Source: a virus. From it: a DNA stretch of 64,000 bases. The position numbers and the translations under genes are program-made. The notes under the pieces were generated by a model. It worked only from the letters and a program-made list of their open reading frames with translations, was not told the origin of the DNA and searched no databases. How positions within the stretch are numbered: position 1 is the first letter of the stretch; every line of letters begins with the position of its first letter. The stretch lies in the IMG/VR virus record IMGVR_UViG_3300001765_000030, positions 96,001-160,000 of that record, one strand, 5' to 3'. This document shows positions 30,570 through 39,398 of the stretch, piece after piece.

Positions 30570-30876
30570 CGCATAACTCACCGGTTAAATTGTTTATTCG
30601 TAACGTCTTCCAGTCTCCTGTTGAGATGTTTTCATCCGCATACTGAGATATTAAAGACTCACCTTTTTTGGTCAATTTGAATGATACAATCTCGTCATTC
30701 ACACTTTTAATATTTACGAGTTCACCCTCATTTGAGAACTCAACATTTGAAAAGATTTCAAGTTTCCCAGGAACAGTTGATTCTGGTCTGAACCATGTAT
30801 CAGGGTTAGCTTCAGTTGACAAAGCTATACGGAGTCGCTCAGGGAATTTGGTAATTTTTAGATTAAAAATAGACAT
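30544..30876 (-). CDS. Small hypothetical protein
   Basis: GGAG RBS before ATG 30876; early-type motif at 30914. Confidence 0.65.
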   Translation of the reverse strand: MSIFNLKITKFPERLRIALSTEANPDTWFRPESTVPGKLEIFSNVEFSNEGELVNIKSVNDEIVSFKLTKKGESLISQYADENISTGDWKTLRINNLTGELCDETGNYQA

Positions 30877-30913
30877 ATATTTCTCCAATTGTTGTTTTAT
30901 TGTTATACTATCT

Positions 30914-30929
30914 CATAATTAAATATATA
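30914..30929 (-). promoter_or_regulatory. Early-type promoter motif
   Basis: TATATATTTAATTATG. Confidence 0.65.
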
Positions 30930-30960
30930 GTTCAAAACGAAGTTCAAAAATGTAAAAAGA

Positions 30961-30976
30961 TGAGGACGAATCCTCA
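30961..30976 (-). terminator. UUCG-loop terminator
   Basis: Minus strand tgagga-ttcg-tcctca + tcttttt. Confidence 0.75.
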
Positions 30977-30982
30977 CCATAT

Positions 30983-31525
30983 TTATTGGAATTTTGTATT
31001 CAAATATGATATAATGAAATCATATTCTTCTTTATCCATCTTCAATCCCCACTTATATTTGACAGTTACCCAATCAATTATATAGGAATCTTTGTTTATT
31101 TTAGGCATCCATTTAGATGGATCTTTGGCACCCTTAGACCTATTCGAAGCGATTGACACAGCATGTAAATGTTTTGTATCGCTAATATTATTGAAGAAAT
31201 TAATCTTTTTATTCTTATCCCAAAGATACCCGCCAGACATATTCGCTTCAGATACTGGAACAAAATGGTCAATGTCTATAAGACTTGCACCTCTAATAGT
31301 ATCTCCACTGTAGATATCTATCCACATTCCTTTAACAATCTTTCCATTGACATATGTAGTACTTTCCGAAGATGCAATATTATCTCGAATCAAAACTTCT
31401 TGTCTTGTATTCTGACCATCTTTATCGGAATCTATCCAAGTTCCCCATGAAGATCTATCATACGTTGGCATCGTTTGACACAGTATACTTGAGAGTAATA
31501 CTAAGATTGATAAAATAACTTTCAT
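30983..31525 (-). CDS. Exported HNH endonuclease (stand-alone DUF1524/GmrSD-C-like)
   Basis: Real start ATG 31525 (AAGGAG RBS) gives signal peptide MKVILSILVLLSSILC. NTRQEVLIRD, IDIDHFVP and LHAVSIASNRSKGAKDPSKWMP follow. Confidence 0.82.
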   Translation of the reverse strand: MKVILSILVLLSSILCQTMPTYDRSSWGTWIDSDKDGQNTRQEVLIRDNIASSESTTYVNGKIVKGMWIDIYSGDTIRGASLIDIDHFVPVSEANMSGGYLWDKNKKINFFNNISDTKHLHAVSIASNRSKGAKDPSKWMPKINKDSYIIDWVTVKYKWGLKMDKEEYDFIISYLNTKFQ

Positions 31526-31540
31526 AAATATCTCCTTGTT

Positions 31541-31573
31541 AAAAAAATAAGGAGGGTGAATAACCGCCCTCCT
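31541..31573 (-). terminator. Terminator closing the ncRNA candidate, just upstream of the HNH RBS
   Basis: Minus strand aggagggcg-gttatt-caccctcct + tattttttt. Confidence 0.75.
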
Positions 31574-31890
31574 ATCTCTCGCACCGTTCGACCGTACGAT
31601 GTTGCGAAAACCATCTTGGTACGGTAAGTGATGGTCCACTAAAAATGTCCGTCACCATAGGACTCATCTATGGATTTGGGTTGAGTAATTATTATTTACG
31701 AATACTCAGACTAGACTCAACACATCTGATCGCACCCTGTCTAGGCGGGTTATAATGACCAACTTTATCCATTCACACGACTGGAATCGTAGAAGCTAGT
31801 TGGAACTCTACAGCAACATCAAATGTATCTAGACATACAATTGATTGATAAATGATTATTAATCAGCGAAAAAACTAATCATTTATCAAT
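31545..31890 (-). ncRNA. Candidate structured non-coding RNA (unclassified)
   Basis: No credible ORF; GC-richer than the flanks. Several stems (ccatag/ctatgg, gttgagt/actcaac, accgtac/gtacggt, long-range gatgttgc/gcaacatc). Upstream early- and late-type motifs; terminator with U-tract at the 3' end. Confidence 0.55.
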
Positions 31891-31898
31891 ACATTGTT
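31885..31898 (-). promoter_or_regulatory. Late-type promoter motif upstream of the ncRNA candidate
   Basis: AACA-ATGTAT-TGAT. Confidence 0.45.
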
Positions 31899-31930
31899 TA
31901 AGCAGATATACATATAAATATACATCTACT

Positions 31931-31946
31931 CATAATTAAATATATA
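31931..31946 (-). promoter_or_regulatory. Early-type promoter motif upstream of the ncRNA candidate
   Basis: TATATATTTAATTATG with no ORF downstream. Confidence 0.65.
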
Positions 31947-31970
31947 ACCATAAATTCGATTTAAATAATA

Positions 31971-31990
31971 AAAAAAATAGCCCGAAGGCT
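31971..31990 (-). terminator. UUCG-loop terminator after the sORF
   Basis: Minus strand agcc-ttcg-ggct + attttttt. Confidence 0.75.
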
Positions 31991-31991
31991 C

Positions 31992-32057
31992 TTATTTTAA
32001 ATTAATGGCAAGAGATTTAATCTCTCTCATCATCGCTTCAAATAATTCTTTAATCAT
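31992..32057 (-). CDS. 21-aa small peptide MIKELFEAMMREIKSLAINLK (missing from the ORF track)
   Basis: AAAGGTGG RBS 5-6 nt upstream, early-type motif at 32085-32104, and a UUCG hairpin plus U-tract directly after the stop. Confidence 0.65.
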   Translation of the reverse strand: MIKELFEAMMREIKSLAINLK

Positions 32058-32084
32058 TTGATCCACCTTTATTAAGTTTATTAT

Positions 32085-32104
32085 CATCACTTAATATAGA
32101 CATC
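32085..32104 (-). promoter_or_regulatory. Early-type promoter motif
   Basis: GATGTCTATATTAAGTGATG upstream of the 21-aa sORF. Confidence 0.55.
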
Positions 32105-32124
32105 AATAAAATGATATTACAGAA

Positions 32125-32138
32125 AACATAGTAATGTA
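32125..32138 (+). promoter_or_regulatory. Late-type promoter motif
   Basis: AACA-TAGTAA-TGTA. Confidence 0.65.
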
Positions 32139-32171
32139 TAAATAAATCAACTCTCCAACAGTGAGGTTACA

Positions 32172-32639
32172 ATGACTCCTGCAGCGTATATTAATACTAT
32201 CTCAACTAAGAAGTTTAATACTCCAGCGTATAGTGGCGCTGGTTACGTATTTTCAAAAATTCCTGAAAATACTCCATTTGCTCGTCACCCAGCAGATGTT
32301 TCACGATACTGTGAGCATATTGAATCTGGAAAAGATAAAGCGTCTTTCGTCGATAAATATGAACGGTTTGAATTCAGAATGACAGATGGTAGAACATTTG
32401 GTGCAATTCTTAAAGGTACACTTGACGTGTCGGATGCAAATATTGCTATATTTAAAACAGATGCTGACTTGTACGATACTATCGCTGTTGCAGGTGCTCC
32501 TCAGCAGAATAAATATGAGTATATCGATAAAACTACCGGAAAAAGAATGCGTAGATATTATGAACGCACTGTAGTTGTTGATTATATCAAAATTGACGTT
32601 ATCGAATTTGTAACAGTTGTTACAGAAGAAATTGTCTAA
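32172..32639 (+). CDS. Hypothetical protein (late-type promoter)
   Basis: GAGG RBS; AACA-N6-TG motif at 32125. Confidence 0.7.
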   Translation: MTPAAYINTISTKKFNTPAYSGAGYVFSKIPENTPFARHPADVSRYCEHIESGKDKASFVDKYERFEFRMTDGRTFGAILKGTLDVSDANIAIFKTDADLYDTIAVAGAPQQNKYEYIDKTTGKRMRRYYERTVVVDYIKIDVIEFVTVVTEEIV

Positions 32640-32646
32640 ATAAATA

Positions 32647-32673
32647 GTATAGTGGGGAATATCCCCACTATAC
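32647..32673. terminator. GGGGA/TCCCC-family hairpin
   Basis: gtatagtggggaatatccccactatac. Confidence 0.75.
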
Positions 32674-32679
32674 ATATTT

Positions 32680-35655
32680 TTATTGATAGTTTACAAATGC
32701 TGTATCCATATTTGTAATATCACCAACATCATTCCTAATCACAGGGATTCCATATTTACTATGTCCAACCCACATATATTCAAGTTTGACAAAACCATCG
32801 CCATTAATCGCTTCATCTCTTACAGATTCTATAGTCTTTTTTGTAGGATTTGTCACGTCAAAATCATAGTAATCAGGATCAACATCTTTAAGTTTCTTAT
32901 TTGCATCAACTAGATCTTTAAGTTCATCGATATAATCTTCAATATTTTCGACTCCCATTTCTTTGAGAACCTTAGTAATATCCGTTAAATCAATTTTCTT
33001 ATCCAATTCTTCTTGAATTTCATCAAGAATGTCGTTAATAGTTTTAATCTCTACAGAAATACCTTTATCAATTTTAGTGATAATATCATTAATCTTAATG
33101 GTCAATATGTTAAACATATCTTGCATTTTATTTGTGATAGTTTTACCATCATTGGTAAGGGCTTCCATCTCTTTTAATAACTGTTCAAATGATTTTCCGC
33201 CAAGGAAATCTTTACCATCATATATGAAATTATTAATCTGATTAATAATATTCGTATTAACTATAGTAATTTGAGTTTTCGGCCATTCAACATTGACATC
33301 CCCGCTATCAATACGATTGTTTATAATCGTAATATACTCGGTAAGGGTTTTAATGTCTTGAATTTTGATAGTTCCTGAAATAACACCATTGATTGTGGAT
33401 TGCATCTCACTCATCATTAGTTTTAATTTCAACAAATCATCAGAATTATTTTGAACTTGTGTATATAGACCGGAAGCAATCAGTTCACTTTTAATAAGTT
33501 TCTGAAGATCCGCCAAAGAAGTTGTATTCAATACTTCTGTAGTATAGGTGTTGTTTTTGATATATTGTATCAGAGTAGAATAAATTAATTCGATATTTAG
33601 ATCTATATAGTTATAAATATCTCCTTTTATTTTATCTATTATCATTTCTTCAACAATCTTTGGATCAAAATCAGGATCTTTACTATCGTCCGCAATTTCA
33701 CCTATAACGGTTGATGTATCGGTACCTGATACCACAGGATCGATAAGTTCATCAAGTTCAGAGACTTTTGTAGGATAATTTCCGGTAATAGAGTTTTCAG
33801 TTATAATCTTGTATTTCAACAACAACTTTAACATATCTTTAATTATATCTATCGCGCTCTTAATTTTTGTTGTAGGTGTAGATGGAACATAATCTCTTGG
33901 GTCAGTAATTACATCTGTATCCGCAAGTTTAATTGCCATCCATGTAGCAGGGTTTACTAAGAAAGGTTCAACTTCTTTAGTATAAGCATATGCTGCATTC
34001 CACCAACCTTCTGCAAAATCTGTAACTTGCTTAGGCAATAATCCTGCAAGACCTTCATCCAAAGCTTCCATCCACACTGTAGTAATTTTGTGCTTCAATC
34101 GATTTGCAAGATTCTTATGAATAAGAGAGTCCTTGGTTCCGTAAGTTCCTTCATCTGCAAGTAGCAAATATAAACGTTTTATTTGTTTATTTCTAGGATC
34201 AATAAACCATGAATCCGATTCAGAATCTTGATTCCGTTTAGTTCTTTCCTTGCGAAATCTTGATGAAATTTTAGATATTGTCGCAATAGTTGCTAGAGCA
34301 CCTTTATTCACAGGTCTATAGAATGGAGCTATGATATCAATATCGCCTTCTGAAATACGATATCTTTTGCGATATGTTTCATCATTATCGCCAAACCAAC
34401 AAGGTTTTATATTATAGGCATCCATCAACTTTTTAAGTTCTTTTACAGTAAACCCGCTAAATCCACAAACTATTGTATTTTTCATAACAGTCAGTATGTA
34501 ATTGTATATCTGATTTGCAGGATCAAGATACTTTATAGTTTCAAGTTCATACTTATCTTTAGCAGTTTCTAGAACTGTTTTGTATACTTTAAATTTCTCG
34601 TTTATAGTATCATACTGAGTTATATATGAATCAACCGTTCTAAAGAACCCGGTCACCGCATTTCCTGTAGACATAGTTGAATATGTAGCATCAGTATAGT
34701 AGACTTTCATTCCTATGAATCCAAGATTCAAAGATTTTAGATCTTCAATGAATGCGATTCCTCTAGAATCCATATATCCTACGATGTATTCAGGCTTAGA
34801 TGCATCAGCACCTTTTAACTCTTCAATGATTTTATTTACATTATCTTCGGCTGTGCGAATTTCAGTCGTATCGACAGCTTTATAAAGAGTCATCAGTTCA
34901 TTATAATTTGAATACATTTCGTCTAAAATGAGTTTAACGTTTTTAAATGCGCCAGATCTTGCGGAAATCATAGGATCTGAGTAGAATGCATCATCTGATA
35001 ACCCAGAATATGTTATATCCCACTCCTTATTCCACCACTCTAATGCACACGTTATATCACGCTTAAGAATAACTTTTCGGATATACCAATCGTTTGCTTC
35101 TAAATCCGAACCAGCTTTATCCAATGCGATAAGTGTTGCAAGATACACTTGGTCAGGGATTACTAAGAAACTTAATAAGAATCCTCCAAATTTACTTAGA
35201 AGAGCACCTCCTACAGCTTCTAATCCTCCAAGAGTATCCATAAGAGCGCCAAGTCCTAAATTACGAACTTTAGAACCGGATGTGAGATCAACATCTTTAA
35301 ATAGTCCTGTAATCTTACCTTTCGTGAGAGCTTTCATACTATCAACACTAGATACTGCGTCTAGGAACCCTTTTAGATTCTTACCACTAAGTTTACCAAG
35401 TTTAATACCGCGTTTCTTAAAGAAATTACCATTGTTTACAGTTTCAGTAACTTCTTTAACTTTACTTTTAAACTTACTTTGAGAAGCTACCGCATCTCCA
35501 GATTTAGAACCCGAATCTTTAGAGTAGTCTTCAGTATATGTATCCATAACTGTCGAGAAGTATGAATTTTTATCAGTTTTAACTTCACCAACTGTTAGTG
35601 GTTTATATTCTCTAGTTGGAACACTTGTCGTATTCTCACCGCTAGTTTCAGCCAT
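32680..35655 (-). CDS. Large hypothetical protein, probably virion-associated
   Basis: 991 aa, GGAGG RBS, late-type motif at 35678-35691, helical I/D/K-rich C-terminal third. Confidence 0.5.
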   Translation of the reverse strand: MAETSGENTTSVPTREYKPLTVGEVKTDKNSYFSTVMDTYTEDYSKDSGSKSGDAVASQSKFKSKVKEVTETVNNGNFFKKRGIKLGKLSGKNLKGFLDAVSSVDSMKALTKGKITGLFKDVDLTSGSKVRNLGLGALMDTLGGLEAVGGALLSKFGGFLLSFLVIPDQVYLATLIALDKAGSDLEANDWYIRKVILKRDITCALEWWNKEWDITYSGLSDDAFYSDPMISARSGAFKNVKLILDEMYSNYNELMTLYKAVDTTEIRTAEDNVNKIIEELKGADASKPEYIVGYMDSRGIAFIEDLKSLNLGFIGMKVYYTDATYSTMSTGNAVTGFFRTVDSYITQYDTINEKFKVYKTVLETAKDKYELETIKYLDPANQIYNYILTVMKNTIVCGFSGFTVKELKKLMDAYNIKPCWFGDNDETYRKRYRISEGDIDIIAPFYRPVNKGALATIATISKISSRFRKERTKRNQDSESDSWFIDPRNKQIKRLYLLLADEGTYGTKDSLIHKNLANRLKHKITTVWMEALDEGLAGLLPKQVTDFAEGWWNAAYAYTKEVEPFLVNPATWMAIKLADTDVITDPRDYVPSTPTTKIKSAIDIIKDMLKLLLKYKIITENSITGNYPTKVSELDELIDPVVSGTDTSTVIGEIADDSKDPDFDPKIVEEMIIDKIKGDIYNYIDLNIELIYSTLIQYIKNNTYTTEVLNTTSLADLQKLIKSELIASGLYTQVQNNSDDLLKLKLMMSEMQSTINGVISGTIKIQDIKTLTEYITIINNRIDSGDVNVEWPKTQITIVNTNIINQINNFIYDGKDFLGGKSFEQLLKEMEALTNDGKTITNKMQDMFNILTIKINDIITKIDKGISVEIKTINDILDEIQEELDKKIDLTDITKVLKEMGVENIEDYIDELKDLVDANKKLKDVDPDYYDFDVTNPTKKTIESVRDEAINGDGFVKLEYMWVGHSKYGIPVIRNDVGDITNMDTAFVNYQ

Positions 35656-35677
35656 GTTGCCTCCGTTTTATAATACC

Positions 35678-35691
35678 TATATTAGTATGTT
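35678..35691 (-). promoter_or_regulatory. Late-type promoter motif
   Basis: AACA-TACTAA-TATA. Confidence 0.6.
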
Positions 35692-35713
35692 TAACTCAGA
35701 ACTATAGAAAAAA

Positions 35714-35737
35714 AAGAGTGGGAATAACCCCACTCTT
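35714..35737 (-). terminator. Hairpin terminator
   Basis: aagagtggg/cccactctt with a U-tract on the minus strand. Confidence 0.75.
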
Positions 35738-35742
35738 CAATT

Positions 35743-36516
35743 TTAGAATTCGATCTCATCGTAAACACTTGAATCGTCGAACGAAGATTTAGGAGAACTT
35801 TTGATCTCCATAGTTGTATCAAGATCTTCTTCAACTTCTTCATACTCAACAATTTCAAATCCATCATTAGCTTCGCCGCCAAGATCGATATTCGTATTAT
35901 TGGATGAGAATTGATTACGAGCAAGTTCAATCTCTTCTTCTTTGTTGAGTTCAACCTTCTCAATATAACGGAAGATCTTATCATAGTTCGGATTTTTGTC
36001 AACCAAATGTGAATATTTTGAAAGAACCATTATCATAGCCATTACAATAGCTTTGATATCATTTCCATCATGATCAATTCCTGTACCTAAGACATCTGTA
36101 TCATCTCTACACCAGATTTCATAGATCACTCCATGAAACATTGCAGGGAGTTTATCACTATCTTTGGGATTTCGTTTGACAAGTTTCACAATATCAATCA
36201 TTTCGCCGTTGCTATTGTATTCAATAACATCTTCTTCATCGCGGAACTTATTACTAAGAGCACGACAAAGGAATTGTGATAGAATGATTGTATGCTCACG
36301 AATTTTGAAAGGAGCGAATATTGTGACAAGTTTCGAATCCTTTGTTGCAAAGTGATCGAATCCATCAGAAGGAACGTAGAAATGTTTACCGTTGTAGGTA
36401 ATACCCTGAGTTCCACCGATCTGTTGGAGGATACCATCGTTATTCATATGGAATCCAAAATAGTTCAACACTGGTCCGATAACCGTGTTAAACATTGTTC
36501 TGTAATCTAAATTCAT
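35743..36516 (-). CDS. Hypothetical protein with an acidic C-terminal tail
   Basis: Translationally coupled (ATGA overlap) to the upstream gene. Confidence 0.7.
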   Translation of the reverse strand: MNLDYRTMFNTVIGPVLNYFGFHMNNDGILQQIGGTQGITYNGKHFYVPSDGFDHFATKDSKLVTIFAPFKIREHTIILSQFLCRALSNKFRDEEDVIEYNSNGEMIDIVKLVKRNPKDSDKLPAMFHGVIYEIWCRDDTDVLGTGIDHDGNDIKAIVMAMIMVLSKYSHLVDKNPNYDKIFRYIEKVELNKEEEIELARNQFSSNNTNIDLGGEANDGFEIVEYEEVEEDLDTTMEIKSSPKSSFDDSSVYDEIEF

Positions 36517-37070
36517 TGTTTATCCTCATCCTTCTCATAGATGTCAAGGGCGAACTCATGACCGAGTAAATGTAGTAGATATGAAAACTTATTCCACGAT
36601 AGAGTATTCTTGTTTTCAAGTCTACTTTTATCGTTATTCATATCAGTTTTTCTCTCTTCACCATATAGAGATTTAAACTCTCCAACGGTGACATTTTTCT
36701 TCATTAACAATGTTTTCATGAGTACCATAAGGTAATCATCATCGTTATTGATAGAAAGTTTCAATATCGTATCATCGCCAGTAAGTCTGCCTTCGGGCAT
36801 CTTTATCTTACTAGCTTTCGACTCTTGAGGAATATTTGCTCTATAAACGGTATTGAAAATCAGTTGCTCGTTATAAATATACGCGCAGTTTACACTTGGA
36901 ACTTCACTCTCATCGGTGAATTCCCCCATAAAGATATAGTATATTCCTCTTAATACTATCTTATGATATCGTTTCATGATTATTCTACGAGTTTGAGTCT
37001 CAAAACTATAAGCTTTAAGAACTCCTCCATCGCCGAATATTCGTGTAACTTTTATTGGTACATGGTGCAT
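36513..37070 (-). CDS. Hypothetical protein, possible C-terminal HTH
   Basis: Helical C-terminus LMKKNVTVGEFKSLY...LSWNKFSYLLHLLG; early-type motif upstream. Confidence 0.55.
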   Translation of the reverse strand: MHHVPIKVTRIFGDGGVLKAYSFETQTRRIIMKRYHKIVLRGIYYIFMGEFTDESEVPSVNCAYIYNEQLIFNTVYRANIPQESKASKIKMPEGRLTGDDTILKLSINNDDDYLMVLMKTLLMKKNVTVGEFKSLYGEERKTDMNNDKSRLENKNTLSWNKFSYLLHLLGHEFALDIYEKDEDKQ

Positions 37071-37106
37071 AATAAACCTCTCTCCAAGTTAATCACCACT
37101 CGCTAT

Positions 37107-37122
37107 CAATATTGTATATATA
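37107..37122 (-). promoter_or_regulatory. Early-type promoter motif
   Basis: TATATATACAATATTG. Confidence 0.45.
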
Positions 37123-37124
37123 CT

Positions 37125-37760
37125 CTAAACATTAGGTTTATTTTTCAATTGATTTAACAATACGCCTAATGTAAGCAAATTCAAATTGCTAGCATATGAA
37201 TTGTCCAAGTAAGTCTTTAATGATTTATAAAAAACCATAAAATCCATATTGGTTAGCTGAGTTAGATATCCTTTCTGAGTCCTTATTGCGACACCTTCAT
37301 AACTCAATCCATCATAGTCTTTAACTACAGCTGGATAGAATCTTATGTACTCATTTTGATTTTTGAATACTGAAGGATTATAAGGTGCAGGATGTCCTAA
37401 ACTTTTAACAATGCCTGTTTCAGGATCTGTATTGAATAGGTGTTTATACTTCTTAGAAGTCAACCATTCATTGCAAATTCGCATTGCTTCAAGTAATTCA
37501 TGATAAGATCTCTGAGAAATATGAAATTGCTCAGAAACCTTATTCTCTTTATCTAATGCATAAAGGCCGATAATTCCACGACTAAACGTGTCAAAATATA
37601 ATGAATTTCCATCAAGGTTATTAGCAGGTTTAGAAATTGTTACTAATTTCCTAGATTTAAATTTATCATCTTTCTTTTCGGGACCATCGTCTCCAAATAT
37701 AGATAATGATACTTTAAATCTATAATTCCTGTACAACACGTCATTTACGCTTTTTATCAT
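37125..37760 (-). CDS. Hypothetical protein
   Basis: Start moved to ATG 37760 (GGAGAGG RBS); follows the helicase. Confidence 0.7.
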   Translation of the reverse strand: MIKSVNDVLYRNYRFKVSLSIFGDDGPEKKDDKFKSRKLVTISKPANNLDGNSLYFDTFSRGIIGLYALDKENKVSEQFHISQRSYHELLEAMRICNEWLTSKKYKHLFNTDPETGIVKSLGHPAPYNPSVFKNQNEYIRFYPAVVKDYDGLSYEGVAIRTQKGYLTQLTNMDFMVFYKSLKTYLDNSYASNLNLLTLGVLLNQLKNKPNV

Positions 37761-37786
37761 TTCCAACCTCTCCAAAGGAAATTATA

Positions 37787-39289
37787 TCAAGCATTTGCTT
37801 TGATTATTTTACCGTTTACATATTCATAATAAACTAAAGATCTAGTATTCTTGATATGATTAACAAGACGTTTATCACGCTGTCTAACAATTCCGTCAAA
37901 TCCTTCATCACACATATCTACATACCATCCTTCAGGATCTCTTACACGACCGCGAATCTGTTTAAGGAGTTGATCAGAACTTAATGGTATAAAATTAATA
38001 ACCATTATAAGTCCCTTAACGTCAAGTCCCATATTATTCGCGATTGTTGTAAACACGACATTCTTTTCAAGTTCTTGATGTCGATCCTTCTTGTTTTCGC
38101 CAGTATAATAACCTATAGATGGTTTAAATCCGTCAGGAAATGTAGTTCCTTCCAAAGCTTTCTTTAGCATTTTAATACCATCTAAGCTTTGAACGAATAT
38201 TATAACCTTTTTGGATTTATCATATCCATGTATACGGAATATTTTACTAACAAAGAATGTTATATAGTCGTAGATTATACGCGTTCTGGACTCATATCTA
38301 AACATGTATTTGAAGTAATTAGAACTATGAACTCCTCGTCTTGGTTGAATCTTCCACATATCACCTACTCCAGGTTTAGTGGAATATCTAGCCATGATTA
38401 CATTGAACTTTGAAACCTCATGAGTTTTATGTCCATACTGTTGAACATTATCTCTAAAGATCTTTCTATACAATGCATCTTGAGCTTTATCACTACGTTC
38501 AGGAGTTGCAGATAAAAACATTACACGTTCAACAGATGTGTTTACAAGAACTTGTAATATCTTCAAGAAATGAGCATGAACTTCATCAAAAATTTGAATT
38601 CCGATTCCAAACTTTTCATAGAACTTGTGCAACATATCACTATCTCTACGTAATCCTGCAACCATTGCATCAAGTCCAATGACGTAAAACATCGCCATTG
38701 GAGGATGTTTCATTGTCATAAGTTTATCAAGATCATTCCAAGTCTTAAGATAGATTAGATCTTCTCCAAGTTTAGCATTTGTAAAACTTTGAATTCGATC
38801 AACCCATTGATTTGATAAACTAACCGATGTTATAATTGACGGCATTTGTAGTTTATGACATGCCATAATTGCACAAACTGTCTTACCGAATCCTGTGTCA
38901 AGGGTTAGTAATCTATGCGCTTTATGACTATCACTTGAATCTTTTGCAACCAAGAAATCTACAGATTCTTTTTGATACCTATCTCTTGGTACAGCATTAC
39001 ATGTAACACTCAAAGTTCGACGATTGCTAACGTATTCATTACTCTTATCGGTAACATTTGTTATAACAATACCATCTGAACAAAATTTATCAAGTATGAA
39101 TTGAATGTCGATAGTAGATGGAATCTTGAGAATTTTATTCTCTTCATCATAAACGAATCCAAAATGAGTATATTTCTTTGAGATATAATCGTATACTGCA
39201 AGAGATCTCTCAAGAATTCTAGCAGTTCCAAGCTCATACCCATAGATATAATAGGCAGATCTTTTAATCTCAAGACGAAGATCTTCCAT
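37787..39289 (-). CDS. Superfamily 2 DExH helicase (UvsW/phiKZ gp75-like)
   Basis: Walker A DTGFGKT, motif II FDEVH, motif III SATPER, motif VI QIRGRVR. Confidence 0.9.
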   Translation of the reverse strand: MEDLRLEIKRSAYYIYGYELGTARILERSLAVYDYISKKYTHFGFVYDEENKILKIPSTIDIQFILDKFCSDGIVITNVTDKSNEYVSNRRTLSVTCNAVPRDRYQKESVDFLVAKDSSDSHKAHRLLTLDTGFGKTVCAIMACHKLQMPSIITSVSLSNQWVDRIQSFTNAKLGEDLIYLKTWNDLDKLMTMKHPPMAMFYVIGLDAMVAGLRRDSDMLHKFYEKFGIGIQIFDEVHAHFLKILQVLVNTSVERVMFLSATPERSDKAQDALYRKIFRDNVQQYGHKTHEVSKFNVIMARYSTKPGVGDMWKIQPRRGVHSSNYFKYMFRYESRTRIIYDYITFFVSKIFRIHGYDKSKKVIIFVQSLDGIKMLKKALEGTTFPDGFKPSIGYYTGENKKDRHQELEKNVVFTTIANNMGLDVKGLIMVINFIPLSSDQLLKQIRGRVRDPEGWYVDMCDEGFDGIVRQRDKRLVNHIKNTRSLVYYEYVNGKIIKANA

Positions 39290-39310
39290 CAGAGCTCCTT
39301 AATAAATAAT

Positions 39311-39324
39311 TACATTAGTGTGTT
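39311..39324 (-). promoter_or_regulatory. Late-type promoter motif
   Basis: AACA-CACTAA-TGTA upstream of the helicase. Confidence 0.65.
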
Positions 39325-39362
39325 TTCGATAGGATATTTTATGAAACAATAGATTATTCATG

Positions 39363-39378
39363 TATATATCTTATTATG
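39363..39378 (+). promoter_or_regulatory. Early-type promoter motif
   Basis: TATATATCTTATTATG. Confidence 0.55.
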
Positions 39379-39398
39379 ACATTAACAAAAGAGGTGTT

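Noticed and set aside
31575-31630. Group II intron domain V-like hairpin (…CGTACGGT…GGAGGG)
   Set aside because: No AGC/CGC catalytic triad, the bulge is on the wrong strand, and there is no interrupted gene or RT.
31526-31639. 38-aa N-terminal extension of the HNH ORF in the track
   Set aside because: It runs through a terminator hairpin, has no RBS, and would bury the signal peptide.
31640-31680. Hammerhead-like segment (minus strand GATGAGTCC...GGAC)
   Set aside because: The core reads TAGATGA instead of CTGATGA, and stem II is followed by ATTT instead of GAAA.
31665-31745. TPP riboswitch-like words (GGGTGC…CTGAG…ACCC)
   Set aside because: CUGAGA and the downstream ACCUGA/GCGNAGGGA elements are missing, and there is no thiamine-related gene.
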